DNA of 63,746 bases, filler included, from Choristocarpus tenellus KU-1152 (taxonomy: Eukaryota > Protista > Phaeophyceae), in assembly GCA_964200185.2 (NCBI GenBank). It is 10 parts of 10 records of this genome, joined end to end, with 100 filler letters (N's around TTAATTAATTAA, not from the genome) between each part and the next. Parts side by side here need not be neighbours in the genome. Positions count along the whole stretch, not along the records: positions 25,598 to 37,542 come from CAXNAD020002055.1; positions 37,643 to 41,875 come from CAXNAD020015561.1; 8 more parts are not named here. One strand, given 5' to 3'. This document shows, one piece after another, positions 25,598-38,001 of this stretch. The notes under the pieces are model-generated. The model was not told the origin of the DNA, ran no database searches, and saw nothing but the letters and a program-made list of their open reading frames with translations. A program made the position numbers and the translations under genes. Within the stretch, counting starts at the first letter, position 1, and the number at the start of each line of letters is the position of its first letter.

Positions 25598-28167
25598 CCC
25601 CCCCGTCCAGTCCTGCATCAGCCTCAGCCCCTCCATAAGTCTCCTTGGTCTCAATATCTTTCAGCTATATAGAGGAGCAAAAGTCATTGTGCCCAACAAA
25701 AGAGGGCCATCGATATAAAATGTGATTGATTGTGAGGGGAGGAGTGTTTATGTTGTGTGACATAGAGTGTCGAGTAGTGTCAACTGTATTCTGAGAATGG
25801 GATACGGGATACATACGTGTACAGAGTAGGAGTTTGTAGAGGAACTGCCATTCCCCATTGAACCAAAAACAGTTGCTCCCCAAGAAATGTGAAAGCTGTG
25901 CCATGGCCAGACGTATCCTATCTTGCCATCAACCAGGCTTCCTGTTGAGCTCGACTCCAACTCAACGCAATACAATAGGTCACCCAGGACCCTATCCAGA
26001 GACAGGAAAGAAAAGACTGCGGCAACTTTACCCCCTGAACCAGTGAAGTAAAAGGTATCCTATTTGTCCACAGCCCTTAGATTTCCACAACAAATCAGAG
26101 ATTGCTGACAAAGTACATAATGGGGGGCTCAAAGGTTGGTGTAACATACACCACCAACGGAAGGAATATAACACTTAAGACCTAACATAAAAATCATCAT
26201 ACTGTCACCATTTTCTTTCAGTCATACAAAACAAGTGACTCTGCACTTCATAATTACTTCCCTGTCCCTAACCCTAACTGTGTATGTGTATACGCAGGAA
26301 CAGAACCATAGAGAATGTTCCCACTGAAACCCCCCAACTCTACTTTTTCTTAGTGAGTGAAAAGCAATGGTATGTTACAATAAAACACACAATAACAACA
26401 CATGGATGTGCTGTTCCAAGTGGAGATATCGCAAACAAAGTCACTTCCTTACACCATCCCCCTTAGTATTTACTGACAAGCACTATCACTATCCATCAAG
26501 AGCATGAATGAGATCGCAATGCAAGTTTTCCAGGGTCTGAAGTTTGAAATTAAGGGGGTGGGGATGTGTCTTAATAGGTGTAGGTATAGATTTGTAAACT
26601 AGGGGCCACAGCCCTGGTCATTGGAGCTGGGGTTCTTAGCAAAAATTAAAAACCACACCTTAGCCCTCAAACGATTTTCCCCCTACAAGTAGGTAATGCA
26701 AGGTTTACACACCATCCAGGTGATGTAGTACCAACACGTAAAGCAAAACCCAATATTGCAGTTCAAAATTAAAGTATAGTATGTAGAAATCTGGTCTAGT
26801 CCCTTGTGTGTACATGAAAATTATTTTCCCCAGCAGTACCTGCCAATGCTATTCTCCAGTTGATTATTAATTAGTCTTTGGGACAATAGTTTTTTTCACC
26901 AATAGGTCATAAAATAAGGTAAGACATGTTAGAGGAAAAAGATCAGCACCCAATTGAATGTTGATATACATAAAACTCTGAGCGAGCATTTTTCCATTGC
27001 AATGTGCCAAATCATGCCATTAGGGCTACAGCTCAAGCGTTTCTGTGAATGCATAGCATGAGTCCTCACACTTGCCATGAACGTCTAAAACTCCATTTTT
27101 CCTGGGAAATAGTGTTTCCAACGGGCAGAGTGTGATCCAAGAGTAAACAAGCAAAACACTATTTGAGTACATAAAATTTGATCTGAGGAAATTTGGGAGT
27201 CTTTCGACTCCAACAAACTCCACTATGGTGCAGATCAAGGATCTCAGGGTCCCGTTCGGTCCCCCTCCCCATCACACTTGCTCCATAGTGATACGTACAC
27301 TGACTTCCCTTCAACTGGATTCAGAACGTGGTAGGCATTCTTGAGGTATTAACCGCAGAGGAAGGCATTTCTGTGCTGACTCTCACCAGATCCTTCGTTA
27401 GCCTGATGACCTCCTCAAGATCCGTCCGCAGCTTGATGAAACCAGCATTTCCGGGATCTGTCGCCTCGAGAATTGCAACCTTCCCGTGATAAACGCATAT
27501 ACACACGCACACATTTGATATTTTTTCGGCAGGTTAGGGTCTGGGGGAAGAACGGACAAGGAAGGGGCGTGGAAGAGGTGCGAACAAACCCCGTCACCCT
27601 TTAATTCCCATGTGACCATAAAGACAAACTGCCCGCATCTGGCGAGGACACAGGTTCCACTGTCGCTTCCCTGTAAAGCCCGCCTGCGACATAATGTTCA
27701 GCTAATTCTTGAACAATTGTTTCTGTTATGAAACTATTTTGTCAAGCAATAACGACTCCAATTGACCCACACACTTGACGCGATTATCTGACCCATACGA
27801 TCATGATCTTCAAAAACACAAGGGCAACGTGTATTAAAACTATTTCTTGATAACTAACCCACTCCTCAGAAATATTTGAGCCGGGCAGAAGCTCTTTGTA
27901 TCTGGAGTTGACTCCAAAGTCTCTTTTACTCGGTTTGAGGACAGGAGAACTGGAACAACGGACTTAATCATTGACCAAAATAAAGTTCAGAAATAGTGTT
28001 AATAACAATGGATCAGACACGAACTTTGAGCCCTTTAGCTTATCGAATTTTCTCAGACATTGACCAAACACTTCGGGCTCCATTATCCCATCGAATGTAC
28101 TCCTAACCTGCTCCAATTGCTGGTTATACGCCTTGAGTTTATCGTGGAGATCCTCTGTAGACTGCAT
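25598..28167 (-). CDS. SMNDC1: SMN-related splicing factor 30 (SPF30/SMNDC1)-like, 5' part; exons 28167-28108, 27479-27387, 25664-25598 (cut by contig end)
   Basis: MQSTEDLHDKLKAYNQQLEQ|VAILEATDPGNAGFIKLRTDLEEVIRLTKDL|LKDIE matches the SPF30 N-terminal helical motif; GT-AG phase-0 introns. The Tudor domain is not in the window, so a ZGPAT-like paralogue is not excluded. Confidence 0.75.
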
Positions 28168-31100
28168 CCGAGACAGAGGAGAGGTGGAAAATAACCCACA
28201 CCTCTACTCCCCTTTCTTTTTTCTACCTCCTTTACTCTCCTCTCCTCTAAGGCTTAGTCTGGTGAGATGTGAAACCTTATTTACTCCGATCACCCTTCAT
28301 CTCTCAGTATTATAGGTATTAGGGTTAGTTGTCAGGCGTCGGTCAATGGGGGAGACAACGGTGGATTTTTTGTCACCAACAAGGTCCAACAAATGATGTT
28401 AAATTTTTACACCAAGTGGTTGTGAAGACCCTCCAACCCCACCCCACACCCGTAGGGTGCTTCGGGAGACCATTTCTTCGCCCATTTCTGCTGGCTGTGG
28501 TCTCCCTGCCCCTGCCCCAAAAGCTAGGGGGACGTTGGCAGCGGGGACATGTCGACTGGACTGTTTTACGAAAGACAGTTCGCTTGGAAACAACACGTTC
28601 TCCAGAAGGTATGTTAAATTTTTCAGGAACGGCTCCTGAGGATGGAAAATGTAAGAGTTTTTGTCCAGTCTCAGGTTTCTAGTGCGGAATCTTCCGTAAC
28701 ATTTGGTGACTGCTCTCGCTGTGGGTACAGCCACACTAAGTATCCATTCCCCCGCCCAGAACTACCAACGAGCTCGCCAGCTCAGGAAAGAGGAGCGACT
28801 CGATCATGGACGAAGTGTGCAACCGCATCCCTACAAGCAGAGTCTAATGAACAAGACAAGGAGAAGGTGAGATGGTTCTTTCTCTATAACCACTGGTACT
28901 GGGACCAAGGGCGTATCTTTCAGCTGCCTCTTCCAGGTTGCAACGCGCCTCCCCTTGCCGATCTCTCCCTCAGTATGGATGCACATCTTCCCAGTCTCCT
29001 CGATCGAGGCCGCCTTCAAGCGCACTTTAGTATCGATGTAACTGCCGACTAGTAACATCCTGTGTCTTTCAACTGATTCCTTTAACCGACTCAGTACAAC
29101 TTTTTTACGCTTGAATCGATGGGGAAATCTCCTGACACCAGCTTCTTCCGTTTTAGTTATTTGCAGCCCTGCTCGAATGATCATGTATCAATTTGAACGG
29201 AGTGTAGAACCTCTGGGGTGAATAACAGGGGTGGACCTGCTCATCTGACGTCTTCGCGAACTCTCTCATCTATTTTGTTCGGTTGTAATGGTATATGTCG
29301 CCATGTCCAGCTTATTTCTAATGAATGGATCTAATGATAGTGAGTTAGGGGCTCGTTTCCTGCTGCTATCTCTTATTGTGGCATGCATTATTCAGTGGCC
29401 CAACGTTGTCGTTATTTGAAGAGGTTCGAGGTGTCACGTTCTCCATCCACACCCTTACGCTGTTCGGAAGATTTCCGATATAGCACAACATTGCCCCTTG
29501 TGGGTAGATTTCGACCTTTCAGGCTCGTGTAGATTATTTAGACCCTGTATACCCAGCTCCCAGGGAAAAGGAGAATGAGAGAGAGCCTTGGGCATGATGA
29601 GGAGATAGACGTTTGTAGGAATGAAATATGCAGCCTCTTTTTGAACATAACAGAGCCTCCACTGCAGGAGATGACAATACTATTGCTTGTTTGAATAAAC
29701 TTCAAGAGATAATAGAATACCTGCCCACCATTGCCCCTGTGAACACCTTACTACAATCTCAGTTCTGTGTTTGAACAAGCCTCGTCAAAGCTACACAACG
29801 CTTGGGAGTCATCAGGGAGGTAAGACTTTCATTGAACGAGCTTGGTATGGGACCTGCTGTAAATTTTTCTGTGCAACATCACCCAATCTATTATGCTCTT
29901 ATCCCTAAAAACGTCCAGAAGCTTCAGCTATTCTGATTGGTGTGAACTGCTGAAGTACATTGCTGGACCACAGTAACATGAGATGAGTCTCATGAGTTAC
30001 GAATCCCATGCTCCACCCTCACCCTTGACACTGTAGAACTGTTGAAGAAAGTATGGGGTGTGTATCTTGCACAAATACCTTCTGTGGCATGAGCCATTGG
30101 TCTATGCAATAGTAGTGTAGCCTCTCCTGTGACCCCTTCTGCACTCTGTCATTGTATATTTCCTCTATACTCCTTGCCTCTCAAGGTACTTTTAGGAGTG
30201 CATATTGCTGGATCTATGGTTGGGAATAAACATTTCAGTGTAAATAGCACTCCAACTTAAGGGCACCCTCTCACCCCAATCCCTTTCTCCTGGCCATGTG
30301 GGTCATTTCAACTCTTCCCTCACTGACCCCCCTTGCTGGATGCAGCAATGTGACTCGATACTCCACAAGGAAAGCAACAAGCCGCATGGCAGCACCGGCG
30401 CATACCCCACCTACTGCCTCTTCACTCGCCAAACCAACTCCCCACACTAATAATACTAAGGTAACCCCCACCTTAACCCCAGGTGCACTACCTATACTAT
30501 TTTATTTTAGTCGCTAGAGGACATCCTGGCCTATCCCTGCTCATGCAATACCCCACCCTTTCCATTTGTAGACCCTCATTTATCCCAGTCTGGTCAAAAG
30601 CTCCCCCCCATGCCTGTAGCGATGGCAGCCTGCCCCGGGATATTGAAACTTCATCCTTTGAAGTAGTTGTTTGTCTAATAACTTTGATCCCTGTTGTCCC
30701 CATAATGCTGCATGGGTGGTATATTATAGTAGTACTTCTAATTTGGTGCAGGATGTTCGATTGTCATGTGGGATAATGCTGTATGATCGAGACAGTTCAG
30801 TCCTCTTTTTGAGTTTCTGTGGGTTAGGATTAGGGTTGTTGGCGGGTACAAGAAAGGTCTTGACAGGCGCACAAGAAAACTACAAGAACGATAGGAACTT
30901 GTGGAATTTACTCAACATCACCCTGTGATAGTTATGTTCATGTAAGACGTGAACGAGAGCCTGTAGTCCATAGTGAGTGCACAGTACCAGTAGTTCACCA
31001 AAGAGAGGCATTGGACGCCGCATGGTAGGGTGCAGTGCTCTCAAGTGTGACAGGAGCACAACAGCCTCGGGGAGGTGTTGATAAGGAGGGTGGAGGTATG

Positions 31101-32599
31101 GAGGTAATTGTTGCCCATTTCCTCTCTTGATAGTGGTGAAAAGAATTCCGATTCTTGTCTGTGCATCAATTAGCACAGGGCTCTTCTCTGCTCATGCCTC
31201 TCAAGGCATTACGACCGCACTAACCACCCCCTCCCCACCCCTACTTGCCCTACAATTGCTGTTTCTTGCAGCCTTCTAAGCCAGGGCCCTCAAATTCTGG
31301 GTCTAGGTCACGTTCGTCAGTCATGGCTTCCAGGCGTTGTGCCGAATTTTTGCAAACTGATCGGACACAGTCGAGCAGGTGAGGGACAATTGAAGATCTT
31401 GTCCTCTCTCCCCCTCCCTCAGCAAGGCAACTTGAGGCTGCATCATGTGATACACATGTTGAGAGTTAGTATTGTGCAGGTCTTGACAGCTAGCGGGCTA
31501 TGATATTCCTTCCGAGGTGGTATTGATAGATACTGTTTCTGTTTTTGATTATTTATCTGATGTAAAGCTCTAGAGCTATTGCTGTAGTCACCTTGTTTAG
31601 TCTGTGCTACTTTGTGCTGCATTTCCATATCTTGATAGGCGTGTGCAATATGGAGGCATCGCCATTTATCTGATGAGTATTAGGGTGTATGAAAAGACAG
31701 GACTTTGATGTCGTCACACCCTACCAAGTGAATTGCGCAAGGCATTGGAGTGTTTTTCTGTGTGGGGCAGGAGTGCTTCTGCCTATGTGGTGTGGGGCAT
31801 GGTACTCCTCCAAGTATCTAGCAGTGGAAATCACATAATGCACTCGTTATTCTAATGTTACTGTGTTTGCCTCTCACCAAATCCATCGACAAGAATGGAG
31901 CGCTCCCCCTTCTGCCTCCACCGGCACTGGTGAATGAGACCACTGCTAGCAAGTTGTACTGGATGACGTACACTGATTTTGATTGTAGCTTTTTTTATGG
32001 AGTGAAAACAAGACACCGTAATTGGGATCACAGTCAGTATTACATTCGCGTTGAGAATGTAACCAGCAGAAAGACGGGCAGATAGATAGATTATGTGTGT
32101 GGAATACACAACTGTGGTGCTGTGGAGTGATGCACACTTCGGATGTCTACTTCCAGGCAGGAGCATGTGAATAAGCACTGTCTGCCCAGAAACAATACGT
32201 GGAGAGAACGCCTTTGAGCCCATAACAAGAACTTTGTGACACCGGTAGCATTCGAGAGATTCTAAGCTGTAGACCAAAATGGAAGTAGGTGGGGGGTTGA
32301 AACCCCATGGTCAGGCGTTTTGTTTGCTGTGGGCATTGTGTTCCGTTCCGGATTGGAGTGCAGTCAGTATAGGCACTTCTGTGGTTGCATCAGAACAGTT
32401 GGTGGATTGACAGACTACTTGGGGGGACGAATGAACACATCTTGTTTTAGTGATTAGTGTTATGAAGTCTATTCTGCATTATTATGGTTGTTTAGATTTG
32501 AGATGTTACGCTTGGGTGTAGGTTCTGCTACAATATGCATACTTGTGAATGTAATGCTGATGATGGTGTTGTGATGGTGGTATATTGTATGTTCTTGTA

Positions 32600-33005
32600 A
32601 GCAGGGTATCTTTAATGGTTGCTTTGAAATGGTGGTGTTTTGTTGGACACAACTTACAGCACCCTATGGTGCTTTTGTGAGGGTGCTTGATATTTGAGGG
32701 TGCAGATCGCACCAAGCGAAAGACAATCAGGGGTACTCAAGTTCAGTTGTTATAGTGCCCAAGTATACTTCAGAGTGTAGTGCTTATCCCACTTACAAGA
32801 TGCTATAGTGCCAGCCCATTTCGTCCATGTTGTACAGCAAAGAGACTTTGAGGCCTTGAAGAATGGAATGTGGCCACGATTTTTGTATGTCTGAAATGCG
32901 TTTGTTAATGGTGTGTTTTGAAATGCAATTAGTTAAAGAGAGGGGGGTGGGGGGGGAGAGAGATGGAGACATTTGTTGTGATGCTGTGCCATATAGTGAC
33001 TGCAC
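32600..33005 (-). mobile_element. pogo/Tigger DDE_1 transposase relic
   Basis: LLYNMDEMGWHY (cf. YNxDETGL) followed by an IKHP...IG...K...FK motif; stops and frameshifts. Confidence 0.55.
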
Positions 33006-33649
33006 ATATTCTTATATTAGTCATACATTCGAGTCATGTTGAGAGGTACACACGCTCTGCCCTTTTTGCATTGTATGCCTTTTTTGTAATCCCAAAGGTA
33101 ATACACCCTATTTTCATGTCCCTTGCCGCACAATAGAAGCCCTTGAAAATGTGGGTGTCACTGCAGAAAAAAAGACCAATGAAAAAAATATATAGTCATC
33201 GTTGAGTGAAGGTTCTTTTTCACAATTTGTACAAGAGATGTATTTTGTCCATTCTGGGGATCCTTACAGTGCAGTCATGTGTACCTCTTGGATAGTGTGT
33301 CTCTTTCTGAAGTAGAAAATGATCCGCTCTATGAAATTTGTGTCAGTTTTTTGGGGGAGACTTCGTTGCATAGTGTGCAAGAGTAGTGCTAAGCCGATAT
33401 CCATACACCCACCCTGTCCTTAATAATGCTTGGACCGTTAAGGGTGTGGTTTTTGTAGAGGTACATATTTTGTTGCAATTGATAGTTTACTGTTCTGTAC
33501 TGTAAATTTATATCAACTTGGGAAGTTGTGGCTTTCTCAATATAGACAAAGCACCACAAACTAAAATTTGCCTCTTGACTGACGAGGGGCCTGTCCAAGG
33601 CACGTTTAATTTCTCATTTGTGTGTTCCATTTACTGTTACCGGATGCAT

Positions 33650-35700
33650 CACCTTAGCGTCGCAGTTGAGACAGGGGCTTAACCCCCACTTCAGGTTTTG
33701 CTCTTGAAGACCCAAGTTTATATCCGAGCTGTAGAGTTGATAAGAAAAAACCACTTTTTTTATGTGGTTCGTCAGGATTTCGCTACCTCATTGTGCTGGT
33801 GACACCACTCTACAAGTACCGTCTTCAGCCGGTAGCTGTCCTTTGCCATACCGGACAACCTACCTTGCATTCACCTTTGGCCATGTGCTTGGCAGGGAAT
33901 TTATGAGGTACACGTGATTGTGTCCCAGCTTGTTTCATGTGGGTGTTGCAATGTTCCCAGACTTGGAGGAAATATACTCAGAATCCACCTCTGCAATAGG
34001 AATGACCTAAAACATCGCCGGCAGGTTTTATAGGCGCACAGAAACCCTGGAACTATTACCCTTCACTCAACGAGCAATTCATGGAATACTCTGCTCGTGC
34101 TGCCTACTCCATGTGTGCTTCCTGAATATGAACTTCCAACCCCCAACCAGAACAGCTTAACTCCCGCAACATGGAAGCTTTGTTTTACCCTCTTCGACCG
34201 TTCTCTGATGTGACTGTCACGTCTTAACATGGACGGTGTGTGAGCAGTGGTTGCTTCACGCCACCTGTGTCTTGACATGCACATCGCCTCCTGTTTTTTG
34301 CGCTCCGCCTCCAGGATGGTGCCTACTAGTTCTAACTCCACAATGATCATTACCATTTGCATCATACCGTGCTTGCTGAGTGGAATGCCATACAGGATGT
34401 TAGACCTGGAGTCCAGAACACGTAACCAGCACCTGCTTCCACTTGCACCTTGTTGACTGCCTGCAAGGACTGTTTAGTGCATTGGGCAATACACATACCC
34501 TTCTCACGGACTCGAAGTCGTTTTTAAAGTAGATTGTTATTATCTGTGTGCAGACATGTATAAAGTTGCGCCAGTGGGAGCCCTCAACCCGTGAGGTTTC
34601 ATCGTTGACCTCTCTTGAAAGAATCTTCCTTTCACCTCCTGGCGATGAGGTCGTTCTCAAGAGTCAGATCCTTCATCGCGTTTCCACCCTCATCCGTCCT
34701 CCTCGTGTGGGAATGTTTACCTAGGAGATAGGTCCACGCCGTGCTCACAATACAGGCACTCGCGCCCAAGGTCCTCAAAATCTTCGGGGTCAAATCGTAT
34801 CTACGGACGTGTTGTGTGTGCGTGGGTGTGTTGATTTGTTGTGGGGATGCCGATGTCTGAAGTAGGACAAGAGAGACCGTAAGTAGTGAGATCGTGATGT
34901 TTCTTGCAGTGCCTATCATTGTTTGATTATATGATGATCAACGCAGTAGAGCGACTGTGATTGACGACCCTGTACCTTTTGTCTCTTGCTACAAAGCCCA
35001 AATCTCCGTGAGTCCACCTTCCCTAGCCTTACCTCCCAACTCAAGAAGTGGTGCAACGTTGGCACAGTGTGGTGGAGGAGTTGCCTGTCTGCTGCCAATG
35101 CCACCCTGTCTGTGCCTTTGTCCTCTTCCTCTCGGCAGTTCGCATGCCCAGCTTCGTCAGCCTCGCTTGAGGTTGTTGTGGTCTGAACTACATCCTCCAC
35201 AAAGCCCCATCCGCACTGCCCAGGACCATAGCCTTTTCATGCATCCGGCTGTTCTTCCAGATGCGGCCACCTCAGAACTTTTGGCGTGATATGTTTGCTC
35301 GTTGAGGACCGACTAAGTTTGGTGTTTCATCTGGCCAATGCCTTGCCTAAGGCAGCCCTGTGGAATCCCTCCCTTCTCTGTCCCTGTTGGACTCTGCACA
35401 CGCCTATGTTTTGCAGAACCCGAAACAAACATTCCGGAGAAAACATAAGTGTGTTTTCCGGCTTGTGGGGTGTGGGTGATATTATGGATATCAGAACACC
35501 TGCCGTCTCCCTGTAGAATTTTTTCCAGGCAGGATTGGTGCACTGGCGTATCAACTGGCACTTGCCGGGGCCCTTTGGCGGAGATCATTGCAGCCTCATC
35601 TACTCAAGTATTGGGGATCTCCGTGTTCCTCAAAGTCCATCCCGATTATAAAACTATCGAACAAAAAGATCAATAGTATCATGGAGGGGAGTGCCGTTGA
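33650..35700 (-). mobile_element. Highly decayed Copia-like gag-pol relic
   Basis: Degenerate gag/protease-like stretches followed by integrase-like KKWFFLINSTARI*TWVFKSK near 33770-33700. Confidence 0.45.
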
Positions 35701-38001
35701 GTACAAGGGGCCTCCATGACTCCCTTCTGGTACACATGCTCCTTGCACTCTGGACGACAATTTTGCAGCTCTGTGGATTACTGTTTGTATCCTCTCCCAC
35801 AGTTACAGTCTCCTGATGAGGTTTAGGTGCATTTTGGGCATGGGAATGGGGTTGTCAGGTAGAATAAAAAAAATTTCACACCGTACTGCTAAAAGAGGGT
35901 CTGAATCAACCCCCCTCTAGGATACAACAGCTCGCAGCACCAGCAGCAGGCAATCCCACTTCCGTGTCTGCAAATTCCTCGACCTCTGTCTTGATCCTCT
36001 TCCAAATTGTCATTCTTTTTCGGTGCATTTTTATTCTTTTAAGGTTGTCTCAAGTGAGTTGGAGGGGATGTGCTTGACGCGATCACCAGTCCATCATTGC
36101 TTGTGCATCTGCCAGTCCCAGCACTACTTCCTCTTTGTCTTGCTGCCAATGCGTATTCATTTGTTGTGGAAATGATGCACTGATATATTTAAGCCCCAAT
36201 GAAGGGTAGCAGTTCGGTGTAGTCACAGGGGAGAAACAGGGATAGTTCAGTTAACATGGTGTGGTCAAGGTATGTGGGAAGGCTTTGTTGGTTCAAGTAG
36301 CCAGGACCCTGATGTTTCTGTCCTCTTTCAGGGCATCTTCGGTGTACGTTGGCTTTTATACTCGGGTTTTTGCATGACCTCAAATGTACTCAAAGAGGAC
36401 ACAACATGCTCGGTCCATTGTGGCAGGTTTCTTGTGAATTTTAGTGTAATTCTGCTGCCTGGTACATGCTTAGCTCTGTATCTAGGATCAGACAATCCTG
36501 TTAGACAAATGATTTGATACAGCCAAGCTGCTATGGTAGAGGGAATACGTCATCACTCCCTTTCACACCTCCCCAACCCTGGTCATGAAATGTACTCAAC
36601 AGGGTTTCAATGTCCACACCTCCAAAGCTGCTTCGACCAGTCGACCATGGAACAGATAGGGTACTTGGCAAGGCTAAAGACCTCTGTGTAGATATCCGAG
36701 CCACTGTCACACCCTCCAGTGCCTCCAACATTTGCAACACTCAAAGGGGACGGAAGACCATGGAGGAAGAACTGGAATTCCCTGTGCCGATTTTCAAGAA
36801 GGGGGGGGGTATAGGAGAAGATGGGGGGAAAGAACAGGAACCACAACCTGTGGAAGCGAAGGCTATGGAGGACGAGTCAGCGCTCCCCCCTGCCCCAGAG
36901 AATACCCCTCGTCCAAAGTTGGAGGCCGAATGGGTACAGATTGATCAATTGGAAGGCGAGGGATCAGGAATGAACCAGACACTGGCACGGGCTGAGGAGG
37001 CAACAGAGGAGTGCTTTGGCAGAACAAGGCTGGGCGATGATGGCAGTGGTCATGGGGATGAGGTGGGGCTTTAGATGTAACTTGTTGTGGTTGTATTGGA
37101 GATAGTTTATGAGTTGTGTGTGGTTGGGGGAAGGGGTTCTGTGTTGGGCATACGTATTGTGATATCAAGGCAGCTTGTTCTGGGTAGCAGTAAAGACAAG
37201 GTGTTGCAACAAGCAACTGAAATACAACATCCCCTCCACCCTCCTCCTGTCTCTCCCCTTGCATTAGTGTATGCCCTCTTGATGCACCCTACTGGAAAAA
37301 TTACCCTCTGCATGAGTTCCATTCAACCCTCTACCACCTCTAATTGTAACTTGAACCCTTGTCCACTTCATTGCTCTTACACAGTACTCTAGAGTAGATA
37401 TACAATGGCTCAGAAGTGGAATAGCGTGTTTCAACCGAACCCTCTTTAGTGTGTACAGCCCCCCTGACCTGCTCCCCCCCCCCCCCCCCCCCCCCCCCCC
37501 GAGAAAAAAAAAAAAAAAAAGAGAGGGAAAAAACAAAAAACANNNNNNNNNNNNNNNNNNNNNNNNNNNNNNNNNNNNNNNNNNNNTTAATTAATTAANN
37601 NNNNNNNNNNNNNNNNNNNNNNNNNNNNNNNNNNNNNNNNNNCAAGTGGCGAGGGGGCCCCCCCCCCCCCCCCCCCCAAGAGGAGAACTGTTTTCGAGGC
37701 TAGCATCACACACGTGTATGCAGCACGTCAATGTGTCCGCATTACAGGCAGGAACTTAACTTAACTTAACTTAGCTTGCTGAGGCGTGTACACACACACG
37801 TATGTCAAAGATGCACGGACTTTTTTTCCCCTTAATAATCAGATTGGGCTGATTCTTATTGGTGCCAGCTCACAACTCTATTATTATTATTATTATATTC
37901 TAAGCACAGTGACTGAAGTGAACATCTTCCACCTCACGGCCAAAGTCCTCTTTGTCAATCTCTTCTCCTTCCCCCCTCCCCCCCCTCCCCAGGGTCATCA
38001 C

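Noticed and set aside
20238-28167. Functional clustering of RNA-processing genes (MPP10, SPF30, EFL1)
   Set aside because: They lie on different contigs joined by artificial linkers.
30880-31440. Tyrosine-recombinase (DIRS/Crypton) fragment
   Set aside because: No R-H-R-Y catalytic motifs identifiable.
36189-37074. 154-aa ORF as a host gene
   Set aside because: Surrounded by broken frames; may be a retroelement ORF1 relic but cannot be supported.
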